Part shown: positions 1 to 12,199 of the stretch, piece by piece
Layout: each line of letters opens with the position of its first letter
How positions within the stretch are numbered: the first letter of the stretch is position 1
From: Amoebophrya sp. A120
Taxonomy: Eukaryota > Protista > Dinoflagellata
Direction of reading: 5' to 3'
Assembly: GCA_905178155.1 (NCBI GenBank)
Contig: CAJINV010000018.1
Location: 662,609-726,608, forward strand
DNA: 64,000 nucleotides
Position numbers and translations under genes: made by a program
Notes under the pieces: model-generated
Told to the model about the DNA's origin: nothing
The model's input: the letters and a program-made list of their open reading frames with translations, nothing else
Databases searched by the model: none

Positions 1-2893
1 CCCACGCAATCAATTTTGCAGCTTTTGCCGGATTTTCCGGCATTTGTGTTGGTAAAATCGATTTGCGACCACGCGCGGATTGTGTGGCCCCGCCCGAGGA
101 TAGGGCATCTTTGAGAAGCGTACCGGAAGGGTGCGCACAAAATCGAATCTGTCCGCGAGTACTCACAAAAGCGATTTTGTGAGCACCGCCCGCCGGGCGG
201 AATATGACAACCCGGCGTCCCCAACCCGGCTGCGGGAATCTTTCTGACAGCCCGGATGCTCCAGGGTGGGGCCTAACGCCTCAGGACACCGGCAAAAACT
301 GCCGCGAGACCGAGTTGGCGCATTCTCGAGCTTCGAGAACGCGGGCAACCGACTTCGTTTCGCGCTACTTTGCTTCGCTTGTGGACGTTAGCAGCCGCGG
401 CACAAAGTCGATTTTTTGCGGCGTGCCTGGATTTTTTGCGGATTTTTTTCCGATTTTCTTAACATTTTTGAAGTCGGTCCAAATCAGTACTAAGTTGTCA
501 GAACAAAACATCAATTGACATCATCAACCCCCCAGCAAGAAGCATGACACATTCTCATTCAACTTCGTCTTCAGCATTCAGCTTCATATAAAAAATGCGT
601 GGAGATGGAGAAAAATTTGCAATGCGTAGGTTGCTCCACTCTTCTTCTGTCGACCTCCACATACCTCATTTGTGATGTGTAAAGATTAGTACGCTAGAAG
701 AGGACAACAGCGTGAATGGAGACTCAATGTCAATAGCAATATTGTCGAGTTCTCCAAAAAATCGTCACATGACATAGATGTTGTAGCATCACAGATGAAA
801 CGCACACAAACGAACGTATAACATACTTTGGCAATTGGAAGTCTTCTGATTTCGGCAATCCCTCTACTCCCCTGCAGCTAGCTGACCGAGCGAGTTGTCT
901 TCGGAGTGGGACGGAGGCAGTATGACGTGCGACAACCTCCTGCTCCTGTTGTACGACTAGTGCCCCCCTCGTCCCTCGCATTCGTGATTTGATCTTTATG
1001 TCTCGATCATGAACGTGTGAGCGGGGAGAGGCTGTTGGACGCCCTTCTGCACCCCATGCAAAAAAGCAACACAGCAGCCAATGTTGGCCCGCCGTGGTGG
1101 AGGTCAACACCTGAGTGATGCAAAAGCAAGAAGCTGCGGCACCCTTTATTTTCGACGCAGCACGACTACTTCTCGTTAGAGTTAGTAGTACTAGTACAAA
1201 GAATGAAGCTACATCTACTTCATGAAACATCTCATCCGCGGCAGGAGAGGGGCGCTCTACTTACAACAAGCAGGAGGATTCTTCTGATGTCACGTTTGAT
1301 ATTCCAGCGTGGCGTTAGTTTTATCGATGCCCGCTAGTAGCACATCCATGTGCGGGTTGCCGCTCAGATCCTTCTTCGGCGGCATTTTGGCGGATGGTGA
1401 CGGCGGATGTGCTCGTAGAAGACGGACGAGATGTGGCTGTCGCTGCTATTTTGTGGTGCAGAAAGTAGTAGATGCAGCACAAGGCGCCTCTGTGGAGAAG
1501 TCAATTCACCTTGTCCTCCTGATCCGCGTCGACGTCGCGCTGTGGTGCGCCGTCGTGGTCGTGTGGTGGAGGTTGTAGTACGCAGATTTTTTCTTTCTTG
1601 ATTTTATGTCTTGTACCTACTTCTTTCTGGTTGTGATCTCCTCTGTTTCGTACATCAAGCTTCGACACACCAATATAAATATTTCGTCGTGCTGACCAGC
1701 CTTACGTTGAAGCTGAGTGACCCTTGACCAAATTAATACAACATGAGCATCATCCCGCGGCCCAATTCGTGCACGAAAAAAAAACTAGTTTTATTTTTTG
1801 CCAGCACAGAAATCATCTATATCTTTCATCCTGTGCGGTCCCCTAAACTGGAATAGCATGCGAAGAATCTCGCTGCACAAGACCCAAAGTCGTAGCTGTT
1901 GAAACAACACGAGCTGGTAGAAGTCTCCTCGTAGTTACGTCAGTTTTTAGTTCCGTCTTCAAGACAATACGAACTTCACATCTTCGACAACGATTACGAT
2001 GGGATGGGCATGGGCTAGTACATCGAGTAGACGCAAACAAAGCAGCAGCTCTTCTCATCTCCGTGCCACGACGATCGACGACGACCATCCGCATAACAAC
2101 TACAACAGCGGGTCGAATCTAACGAGAACAGTACGGATCTTCTTAAGTTGTCAGGAGTGACGAGTAGCGTCATTCGTTGTTCTACTACTTACCCCCCGAA
2201 ACAAGGACCCCCTGCAACAGATCAGCCGTGCTTCACCGGAGGGATGAAAGGGACGACAACTTACCTTTTATTCGTGATTCGTATTCCAAAGAACTTCTCT
2301 ACTAGTTGATGCTGCAACTACGTAGTTGTCCAGGTGGGTCATGCGGATTATGATCAGAGCAGTGCACAACTAGTACTGGAAAACGACTTCTATCGGCATA
2401 ATTTCCACCCCTTGGTTTCGGTTTGAATGTTCTTGGTTAGGATATAATTTTTGTTTGGTTACGTACTACACGTCGACAAAGAATATCAACGAGTTAAATA
2501 ACTTAGACCCTTTGTCTTTACTCATTCGATACTGTGAAAATAGGTGTTATAAGGTTGCCCCTTGTAATATTTCTAAGTGTTGCCGCGGGTCGTGGAAGGT
2601 GGAGCGCGCAGCTCGCTTCTCGCAGATTCCTCCTTGTCTTCGTTTGTAAAAACATTCTTGAAGCTCCTGCTGATGCTCTTACACCTACTCGAGCACGCAG
2701 CCTTTAAAAAATTCAAAATTTATTTTATTCTTCCTTGCAGTTGTACTACTGTGCTGTAAGCGGATCAAGATCATCAAGACCACAAATATAATACTGGCAC
2801 GTGGTAGTACTTCCTGCTTCGACTTCATGACATATCCACTGCAAACGCCCATTGCACGCATTGGGTTTGGGTATGCCGCGAAATTAGGTTCAC

Positions 2894-5800
2894 CTACGCC
2901 TCCAGCTTCGAGTATGAAGAAGTCAAATGGGAGAGCGTCGCCAAGAACTTGGAAATACAAAGAAAGACCATGAACATGACCAACTGCCTCTGGCGCCTCA
3001 CAGCACGAAATCGATGTGAGTATCTTCATCATTTGTCAAATAGAAATACTGACTGTCGTACTTTATTTGCAGGTGAACAAGGACAAGCATCAGCATGCAC
3101 ATACAGTCAATTGGTCTGAAGAGCATTTCCATGCCGACGGTTCTCCCTCCGACTCTTCCATACCGGAACCAGCGCGGCAGTGTGGATGTGTCAGGTTTGA
3201 AATCGTCAAAGTTGAAATAGTTTGTCATGCATAAAACAGATACCAGTCGGAAGCCCACTTATCAAGCGCCGCATGACAAATTTTCCGAGCACCGGAATCC
3301 AATTTGTCATGCTGTTTGGGCACAGAAGACTGCTTTTGTCATGCTCTTTTAGCAGCTCTCTTTCAAACCCTAAATAGGCTCACAATCTGCCTCACTTGCC
3401 ATCCCGGCAAGACAGGCACTCCATGCCTTGCATTTTATGCATGACAAATCATTTCAACTTTGACGATTTCAATCCTGACGCTTCCATAGGCAGTGTGGCC
3501 GGCGTAGTAGTCGCAAGCCTATCCCGATGAAATGAGATAAATGCGTTGTTTTTCTTTCCACGTATGAAGATTTCTATGACTACGCAGCGAGCTTTTCATG
3601 CACGTGCTCAATAAACGACGTTCCTGAGACCACTCTTTCGTCTTTGCGTTGAATCGACACTAAACTTCTACCCTACAAGTACAAGCTCCGACATCGTACT
3701 CCTACTCATGCATCATGCGCATGATGTTGATCGATGACCACATAAAAAAGAATTGCAATTCCTTATTCCATTTTCATCAGGATAGGGTGTCCGGTGCCTT
3801 GATGTCGAAGGTTGTGAAGCTGTGTATAGCCGCTTCAACTCTGGAACATCAATCTGAATCTTATGATCTTTTTGTTTTGTATTTTTACCGAAGCAAGAAA
3901 AAGAATGTTTCGGTCTTGCATACAGGCCAAACAGGGTGGAAAAGCGTAAGCTACTTCTTCTGCAAGGAGCTTTGTATGCGTATCTAAGACTCGGTAGGAT
4001 TGACCATACTTCTTTCAGACAACTTGATACCCAAGGCAGAGATATCGTACTTGTGCAAGTTTCTTGTCATACTGAGAAGACGAGGACCCGTGAGTCGGGG
4101 TCGTCGGCACCACTTCTACCATCCACGACCACATCCGCTGATGAAATGGACCATTTCATCAGATTCAGACTGTTCCAGCTGAGCACGCCGTACTGTAGGA
4201 CGGGTATCCGCACTTTTGGATGTAGGGGACCTGGTGTTGTACTTCTTTGTTCCTCAGAATCAGACAACTACCTTCGATGTCGTTGTGCGTGTTTTCGAAT
4301 AATCTTCCCAGAAAAATTTGCATTTTTAGATCGACGAACAAGTTAGTAGAGCATCTTCTATCACGCTTCCTTCGTCGAAGATGTTGATCAAGTTGAAACA
4401 TAAAGATATTACACATGCAAAAACACATCAAACCTGCGTCTGTTCCCACAAATCCTCCCACTTTTCATGTCGCCCCTTCGATTATGCTACGAAACTCATC
4501 TTCTTGAAATGAGCAGGCTGCCAAGTCAAGACAATATAATACACAAAAAAATCGAGACAAAGTAAATTATAGCGAGGGCAAGTCCAATGCTGCGCCGATC
4601 TTTGGTCCACCTGCTGAAGCTTGACTTGTCTTGACACAAGCTGCACGTTGAACAGCCATCTTCAGGTGGCAGCACGACAAGGACCAGGAACTGATGGATC
4701 ATCATCATACATTCAAGTGGTATCTTACAAGTAACATCAAAGTGGTCGGTTTTCATCTTATGCTAAGAAAACAGCAGCTACGTCGTGTCTGAGAAGATTA
4801 ACTTGTTTCTTTCTATGTCGTATCAAAACTCCGATGCTGGTGAGGTTGCAGTAGGTCAGAATTCCGCCTGGCTTGAGCTTGGACTTGACCTTGCCGATGA
4901 ACTCGAATTGGTGCGCTATCAATCAGAAAAGCGTTTTCGTTACTAGCGGTGTTCTTTTCGCAGATTGCGGTCAGGTCGTGGCATAACTGATTCCATTTTC
5001 CTATCACGACGCAGCAGGCTGTGAATAAATGCAGGCTGCATCGTGCTGTAGATGGACTCTAGTTTTTGGTAATGGTTCTTTTGCTTTTGCATGCGTTTTT
5101 GCATCACAAATTCTGTTCGACGTTATTCAACCTCAGCGTGCACTTTTCTGTGTGATATGCGTGTGCTGCTCCTCGGCATTCAGCGGGTAGGGGTCATACC
5201 TAAATTGTGAATGTGTATGTGATTGAGTTCTTGTTCGCGACGAGGAGCATTAGTACATGCGCTTTTGAAATCTTCGGCAAAACCAAAAGAGCCTGAATGT
5301 TGCTACCATGGGTGAGGTCACGATACGCCGCAACATCAAGAACAAACAAAACAAATCAGTACAGCACTCCGTCCAGGTAGCCTTCGGGCAATTCCGCCAC
5401 TTTGTCTTGCCACAGAACGTATCAAGCGGAGACGTGGTTGTCGAGGCAGCAAGGTTCTTCTCAGGGAAACAATGCGTATCAAGGAAGAGAATAAGAACGT
5501 ACTTAGAACAAAGCGAGTGGTTTTCATGATCATCCTCGTCTTCCGATTGTTCGCAGCGCCAGCCTTTCGACCGAAAATCGTCTTCATCGTTGCATGCAGA
5601 TTTTCTTTCTTTCTTCTGGTTCTGCCTACCCCTACAAAAAAATCGAGCAAAAGGCATGATTCACGGTGCACATATTGCGACGACGTTGGTTCCGACAATT
5701 AAGCACATTTTATTTCCACTTTTTCCTGAAAGAACCGTCACCGTGCAACCCCCACAACTAGTTCTTTGCAGTGCGTAGTCCGTGCAAAAACGTTATCAAA

Positions 5801-7856
5801 TGCAAAAGTGTCTGAGTCTGGAAGAATGCATGTCTGTCATGCTTGTCTGGCATGACTCTTAAATCTGTCATGCACGTTGCCCACGAGCCTCACTTTTCTG
5901 TCATGCTGGGCCAGCAGCACTTGTGGCCTCATCATGATACGCCACCCAGCGTCACAAATTTCCAGACCCAGACACTTTTGCATTTGATAAACGTCACCTT
6001 GTGCGGTTTGTCCTTGGCCCACTCCTGTCCACGCTTGATGACGTCGGCGTTCGCCTCAATTATTATGTGCTCCTCGATGTCGCTATCCCTAGAAAAAAGA
6101 CAATCCCAGTCAGCCAATGTCATACATTTACCACGTTGTACTAAAACATCGAGTTGTAGTACTTGAGTCTGCAGCTTCTGCTTCTGCTTCTGTCTTCATG
6201 CAAAGCCAAATGTACGTGGGTGTAGTGAGTCATATTTTTCTCAGTGGATAGTCGTATCGCTGGACGGCAGAGGCAGAGAGACTGTAATATTTTTACGGTA
6301 ATTTTTTCTAATATCCATTTTCTTTACGTTTTATTTTCATTTTTCGTGTACAACTTACTTAAACCATTCTTTAATATCCACGCAGCGACGACATACAGTT
6401 TCATCCTTCTCCATCTCGTAGTGATTATCGCCACAACAACGGAGCTGCAAGGAAGTCGCTTTCTAACCTTTATTTCAAACTCAAAAAAAAAAAAAACGGA
6501 AAGAGTTGCGATTTGTCCTCTATCATTTCAGCAAATCGCAATCGTCCTTGTGTTAATTTGTACTATGATCGTGCACTGTGCTAACTTGTGCGGGAGGACG
6601 ACTCTCTACAAGTACTTTCTGAAAAAATAAGAAACGCATAGTTCATCTTACCCGAGTCCAAAGCCGACCTCGAGGACTTTTCCGCCCTTCTGTATCACAA
6701 GAAAAAGTGTTAACGTTAACGGAATTTGCGATGCAGGAATGCATCAGAAAAGGTGCCCAAATTTGTATTGCGTAGCATGTATGGAAGGCAAAATGTGTAA
6801 TGCATGACTGCCATCTGTGAAAACCGGTAACGTTAAGACTTTTTTGTTTGATATTCTGCGTGGCCACTTCCGCGAGTTTCTCCATGTACGGTTTTTCTTA
6901 TGACAGTGCACATTATAGCTCCCTCCCTCCCGGCTCATTTGTTGTAGAAGGGCATGAACAGCAGCAATTATAGAAACGCGAACGCTGCCAGCATGGAGTT
7001 TGTGCATGACAAGTTGCTACGCTGCAGACTGTTGAACCACTTGCCCTGTCCTCGGGATTTGTCATACGTACTGTAGAACGGCAACTGCTGAACTTGGGAT
7101 TTTGCATGACAAGTAAAAGCGAGAGGGGGAGTAGTTCTGCACCGGCATATTTCCCACTGCTCCATCACCGGATGTCCGTCGATGAAGAGCACCTCTTATG
7201 GACGTGCAAATCATATGTCTGGGTCTGGAACAAGATGATTGGGGGCGTTGGTCATGCAGCTTTTGCATTTTGATTTTTGCCCGCGATGTCGGTGATGCAT
7301 GCTCTCGTCGCAGTACAGGGTTCGCGGCGAAGAAGTTTGCCAATACCTATCCTACATGGGTGGAGATACCTTGTCCGGATGAAAAAAAATATAATAAACT
7401 GACAGCTTTTTTAGTAGTTGGTGCTCACGCGGCACTTGTACATGTTTCTGCATGATCGAACGTTAGAGTTACCATCACAAGGTCCATCCTTTTTCTTTAT
7501 CTTTCCAGACCCAGGCATATAATTTGCAGTGGATACCTCTCCTCTCCCATCCTCTTCGACGTGATAGTCGGCTTTCAGCCCATTCCAATCGCTATCCTGT
7601 GCAAAAGTCTCGCACTTCTCGTAGTACTTGTAATCGCATTCCTGCAAGACAAGTCTTAATCTCCTTTCGCTTTCCAAGCTATAGCTAAGTCACGTACCTC
7701 TTGCTTGTCATGGGCTACGTACAAGGAGAGCTCTATACTTCTGCAATTACTTCTAGTACCACGCACGAGAGACCACTTTGTTTGTCATTCATAGTCGGCG
7801 TGCTTGCTGTCTTCCTTGAGACCGTGGTACCCGGTTTCAGGAGCGGTGGCCACCAT
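2894..7856 (-). CDS. GAMT: Guanidinoacetate N-methyltransferase (GAMT/RMT2-type SAM methyltransferase), 17 exons, ~240 aa
   Basis: Removing 13 TIR elements (+5 nt each) and 3 GT-AG introns (6282-6651, 5200-5362, 4231-4433) gives MVATAPETG...DWNGLKADY...LFIDGHPVMEQWEKPYMEKLAEVATQKGGKVLEVGFGLGLSASAVQRYDIEEHIIIEANADV...HGLWQD...LDGVLYDPYPLNAEEQHTHQFEFI...LKPGGILTYCNLTSIGVL...QTQVPYIQKCG...PDTCDYY...LVPKLEA*. This is colinear with vertebrate GAMT motifs (PVMERWETPYM, GGRVLEVGFG, HWIIE, YDTYPL, HTHQF, LKPGGVLTYCNLTS). Confidence 0.93.
2913..3162. mobile_element. Degenerate TIR introner, last GAMT intron
   Basis: Ends tatgaagaagtc.../...gactcttccata; flanks tcgag/ccgga are diverged; removal +5 nt gives LVPKLEA*. 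Confidence 0.6.
3181..3488. mobile_element. TIR introner family A (GAMT intron)
   Basis: ~50-bp TIR tgtggatgtgtcaggtttgaaatcgtcaaagttgaaa / tttcaactttgacgatttcaatcctgacgcttccata; TSD ggcag/ggcag. Confidence 0.92.
3520..3784. mobile_element. TIR introner (GAMT intron), TSD fully diverged
   Basis: TIR tatcccgatgaaatg / cattttcatcaggata; flanks aagcc/gggtg; removal +5 nt restores PDT-CDYY. Confidence 0.8.
3825..4192. mobile_element. TIR introner (GAMT intron)
   Basis: Imperfect TIR tatagccgcttcaactctggaac... / ...gttccagctgagcacgccgta; TSD ctgtg/ctgta. Confidence 0.78.
4483..4822. mobile_element. Degenerate TIR introner (GAMT intron)
   Basis: TAT...GTA ends, weak TIR, flanks tcgat/tcaaa; removal +5 nt joins IGVL-KGRHEKWEDLW. 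Confidence 0.7.
4917..5157. mobile_element. TIR introner (GAMT intron)
   Basis: TIR tatcaatcagaaaagcg / cacttttctgtgtgata; TSD tgcgc/tgcgt; interrupts the HTH-QF motif. Confidence 0.87.
5420..5777. mobile_element. Degenerate TIR introner (GAMT intron)
   Basis: TAT...GTA ends; flanks gaacg/gtccg; interrupts HGL-WQD. Confidence 0.75.
5794..5989. mobile_element. TIR introner family D (GAMT intron)
   Basis: 30-bp TIR tatcaaatgcaaaagtgtctgagtctggaa / ttccagacccagacacttttgcatttgata; TSD aacgt/aacgt. Confidence 0.93.
6084..6250. mobile_element. TIR introner (GAMT intron)
   Basis: tatccctagaaaaa / tttttctcagtggata; TSD gtcgc/gtcgt; interrupts QRYD-IEEH. Confidence 0.82.
6693..6853. mobile_element. 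TIR introner (GAMT intron)
   Basis: TIR tatcacaagaaaaagtgttaacgtta / taacgttaagacttttttgtttgata; TSD ttctg/ttctg. Confidence 0.9.
6899..7149. mobile_element. TIR introner (GAMT intron)
   Basis: tatgacagtgca / tgcaccggcata; TSD tttct/tttcc; interrupts QWE-KPYM. Confidence 0.85.
7197..7535. mobile_element. TIR introner family D (GAMT intron; can be read GT-AG)
   Basis: TIR containing gtctgggtctggaa; TSD cctct/cctct. Confidence 0.9.
7593..7793. mobile_element. Degenerate family B-like introner (first GAMT intron)
   Basis: Left end tatcctgtgcaaaagtctcgcact, right end ...cattcata; flanks atcgc/gtcgg; joins KHAD-WNG. Confidence 0.75.
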
Positions 7857-9686
7857 CTTGTCACGTCGTGCTCGTGTTTATGATCTCACTGCAGTAGTAG
7901 AGCGCTGTAGAAATTGAATTCCTTTTTTCTCTCCTGAAAGAAGACAGACGAAGATGCTCGTCACATCATCAGCAGGCTGACCGCGGCGTAGCACAAAGCC
8001 TTCAAGCCGATGAGGTGGATAGCACTAGCTAGTAGTACAGAAGATGAACGAGAAAACAAGTAATAGTATATGCTCAATGCAGAATACTTGCTGGCAGGCT
8101 AGGCTCAGTCCTCGGGTGAAAACAAAGTAACTCCGAGGTTTATTAGGTTACAGAGACTGATAAATCTTCAATGTAGTGGATGTTGACTTTTATTAGCATT
8201 TCATTAGAGTTGTGCGTATATGATCTACAGCTACAGGAGTTTAAACATAATTAATCCCTCTCGCCCTCTGTCTCCACCCTCATCTAATGTTGTGGATAGT
8301 AACAGAGCCAGAGTCCCTCGTCACTCGCTTCTCTCTACTCTATGGAGGTTGTTGATGAGCTCGCAGAAACAAGCGAGGACTGCGAGTGCGCCTACAGATC
8401 ACGACATGCACAGGCTGCAGCAGGACAAGGAAAATCATGATGAGGTTCACTGCATGTGATTCTGATTCTGAACAACTGACAGCGCCAAAATAAGGAAAAA
8501 CGCAAAGACTGTAGAAAATATCGACGTCTGGTTCTTCACCTCCAAGCTCTTCGATTTCGTTGCATTTTTCCATGACATTATCTCTAGCAAGAGGCGCCTG
8601 GTGGTCCCCGCCCCATGCGGCTGCGGGCCACATTCATGCTAGTTGTGGAGGTAATAAACAAAGAAACGAACTGCTTTTGCAGCTCGGTGTTCTTGTTAAG
8701 AATAAACAGACTTGCAGCGAGGTCAAGAACCCCTCGTCGCTCGGTGTTGTCGTCGTTTTGAAATCTAAATCTTCGATATCTCCACTATGTCAAAATATTT
8801 TAGCCCTTAGTCGATTCTTGTCTACGTTGTTTCGTCGTTATTTCTCGTAGTTGGGTTTGCAAGAGAAGATGGAATAAATGCTTAAAATTACAAGCTTTTG
8901 CTTTTTACTGTAGAAAGAAATTATGTCCTCGCTCGCTACTAAATATTTGACTAGAATGAACGTGCTTTCGCTACTCGATTGAGATTCAAATGGGTCGGCG
9001 TCAAAAATTGAAAAAAGCAAAACCAAAATGAACAAAAATGAAAAATGCGTAATTGGTGTATCGTAATGTGTACCTGAATTGTGTAAAAATAAAATGTGAA
9101 TGTGTATGTAATACGGACAACAAAAGTGATCAAATTCAAATTGTGTATGATAGCGTTAAAGTAAGAATGTTATGGTAAATGTTAGAATCGTGATGGGAAA
9201 CAAGAAAAACTCCGAGCGCGGTGGGGGACCATTCACGGCCGAGGGCCACAATTTGATCGTCCACACTACAACTGGAGTACGAGGTGAACGGGTGACGGGG
9301 CGAGGCCCCATGGAATGTTGTTAGATGAGTCTACGTATAAAAAAGTTGTAGTGGTGTTGTAGTTGGACCACCGCGAATTCCTGCGCGCATACAAGCAGCG
9401 CAAGTGTTTGTCTTCGATTCGCACAGAATTATGACTTGTAGAAGATGATAAGAAGTAAACTGGCAGCAAAATAAAACAATTTATGTATGAACAAATAAAT
9501 CGAAGATAGTGCCGATCATACAACAGCTCCTTGGCCACACGGCACCTGGAAGCATCGCGTGCGAGGTGCGGCGGCGCGGACTGCAGAAAGTCACGAGGGA
9601 TATGTTTTTTTGCGATGTTGATTTCCTACTCCTAAGAACTGCCAGTAATGCAATCGCTATCGCAGCACGACCACTGCGCTTTGTAC

Positions 9687-12199
9687 TTATCCCGATGTGG
9701 AGGTTCCTGGCCGGAGCCCTTCGCCCCCGTGGTTGTCGATCTCGATCTGCTCATCGTCCTGCAGGATCATGGCGAAATTCCAATACCGCTGCAGCGTCGC
9801 CCTGACTCGAAACCAAACGCTCTGACGTATCATTTGTAAAAACGTCCCCACCCCAGAGTTGTCATGCAGATGTGCAATGACAGGAACAGTTGTAATGGGC
9901 ATCTCCATGAGAGGAATTTCTAGTCGTGTTTTGGCATTTGTAATGCTGCAACCAGGATAATCAGATGGATTTCTGATGCGTTTGCCCTTGCTAACCTGCA
10001 CTACACTACGGACTGCAACTTGTGATGCATGAGTCCCAAAAATTCCAGGTTTGTGTTGCAAAATCCCCATCTTGTTGACTATGGGGTGGGGACGATTCTA
10101 CTCAGGATATGACGTCCTGCGGTGCTGCTGGTCTCGCAACGCAGCAAGAACGCCTGCAACACAGTATGAAAGCCTCAGGTTGGAAATCCTCAAAGTGAAA
10201 ATAATTTGTAATGCAAAAAAACGACGCCAGTTGGAGCACCATTTATAGTCGGCGCATGACAAAAATTTCCCGGGCACTCAAAACGTGTTTGTCATGCTAG
10301 TTAGGCAAAGTGGTGCCCTTCTCTCATGCTAATCAGCAGCCCAATTCTGAACCCGTAGAAGCATCGTAGTCGGCCTCCAGTGCGTTCTCTGCAATACAGT
10401 CTTTTTGGTGTCGCATTTCATGCATCACAAATTATTGATAATCTGATTCGAACCGAAGCCAATTATTTCCACTTTGAGGATTTCCATTCTGAGGGTGTCA
10501 TACACAGCCTGCTCCTCGTCCTCGTTTTCGGTGTCGCTCGCGGCTCCGTACTCGTAGTGAGTCTCAGTCGGCGGGCCATTTGATGTTCCAGCAGTGGTCC
10601 TCAGGCCGTAGCGACGCAGCTGATCACCTTCTGCATGAAAATGGCCGGCGGCGGCGCCTCCGTGGGGTAGATGATGTTGCGACGCCGGATAACGCTCAAC
10701 AACATCTCCATGCAGATGATCATGCTGGGGATATCCTGTGCAAAAGTATCGCACTCGTACGCGTTTTTATGCATTATAAATGTCTTTACTAAAGCAAATC
10801 CGCATTACTACAAATTGAATTTGTAATGCTAAATGATTTTGTAATGCAATTTACACTAGTACGATACTTTTGCAGTTCATAGAGGAGCATCTTCACCAAC
10901 TCGACCGTACCGGCTGAACAGCAGCGCGCCTTCGTGTAGCGCGACGTTGCGGTCGTGAAGATGCTGAGCATCATAATATCCTCAGTAAAAACGTCCCCCT
11001 GTCAGAGCCAAGATGGGGATTTTGCAACACAAACCTTAGAAGTTTTGGTGGTCACGCATGACAAATTTCAACTCGTACGGTAGTGCAGGTTAGTGTGGAC
11101 AGCGACAGCCGCATTACAAACCCCTTTTATCTTCCTGTTTACAGCATTACAAATTTTAGAACATGATTGGAAATCATGCCTATGATGGATATGCGCATCA
11201 CAAATGTTCCTGTCATTGGAAATCAGCATGACAACTCCGGGGTCGTGGGGACGTCTTTACACAGGGTACATGAGGGGGACCTTCGTCGTCCGATATTTGC
11301 ACCAACGTTTGCTGTTCAGTTTCATCGGGCCCGCTTTGGCTTTGCTCCGGCAGCTCCAGCTGGAGGTGGTGCTGCAGCAATGAATCCCGCTTGTGCTCCT
11401 GGCGAAGATCTGTCTTTCCTTTTCGCGGCATCAGCGATGTCGACCCCGGCTCGTCCTCGGCAACATTGTTTATCATTCTGATCGGCAATAAATCATAAAG
11501 CGATTGACCTTGTTCGCTCTCCTGTCCCGTTCCGCATTCTTGTTGCGCTTCGGGATCAACCACGCGGAGTGGGTGCTGGAGAGCATGATTTTCGTCGCCG
11601 GTGTTTCTGGCGCCCCCGTCGAACAGCAGCCGTATTCTTGTCGGGTGAAAAAGTTTCGCGGCAAAGGAAAATCTGCGCGCTAGCACGGAGGTCCAGGCCG
11701 CCGGGGTCGCTTGCAGGTTCTGCAGTAATATGCAGAAAGATCCTGCTTCTTGTGTGGAAAAAGAAGGGTCTTCAGGATGATCTTCGGCCCGTCCTTGTCC
11801 TTCGCAAGTAGTTATGCCCAGCACAGCGTGTCCGTCTCCAGCTGTTGCGGCAGCGCAATCGCCAGGATTTGTCGCACCTTCGTCGTGTACTGTCAGCCCA
11901 GCCTCAGCATCATACTCATACTTGCTCCGTTCCAGTTGCAGTTGCACTCGCGCGCCCTGCATATCATACCCTTTTCCAGTTGTTTCGCCCCCTTCTTCCT
12001 CGGAACTAGACGTGGAAACGGAGTCCGCGCGGCGTCTTGCCCGGGGAAAATAATCGGTCCGGCCCTCGCCCTCCGCAGACGACGAATTTCTGCTGCCACA
12101 GGTAAAGAACTTGCTGCGGCAAGAATTATTTGAGCCAGCTCGGCGTCTTCTGTTCGGGCTGGCCCAACAGAAACACCGGAGAAAGATGAGGAAGGCCAA
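9687..12199 (-). CDS. Hypothetical protein, multi-exon, 5' end unresolved
   Basis: ORFs 11213-12199, 10425-10754 and 9687-10070 fuse into one stop-free frame (...EGPPHDAQH...EDAPQHDH...EEQAVLQAFLLRCE...GRQSVWFRVRATLQRYWNF...*) when four elements +5 nt are removed. Confidence 0.72.
9828..10109. mobile_element. TIR introner family C
   Basis: TIR tatcatttgtaaaaacgtccccacccc / ggggtggggacgattctactcaggata; TSD tgacg/tgacg. Confidence 0.9.
10165..10502. mobile_element. TIR introner family A
   Basis: TIR tatgaaagcctcaggttggaaatcctcaaagtg / cactttgaggatttccattctgagggtgtcata; TSD cacag/cacag. Confidence 0.92.
10732..10881. mobile_element. TIR introner family B
   Basis: TIR tatcctgtgcaaaagtatcgcact / agtacgatacttttgcagttcata; TSD gggga/gagga. 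Confidence 0.9.
10977..11268. mobile_element. TIR introner family C (opposite orientation to 9828-10109)
   Basis: TIR tatcctcagtaaaaacgtcccc / ggggacgtctttacacagggta; TSD cataa/catga; internal sequence is a reverse-complement homologue of the 9828 copy. Confidence 0.9.

Noticed and set aside
9828-10110. U12-type (minor spliceosome) introns, since some 5' ends read ATATCCT or GTATCC
   Set aside because: Most copies lack the RTATCCTT consensus, 3' ends are not AC/AG, and no U12 branch motif was seen
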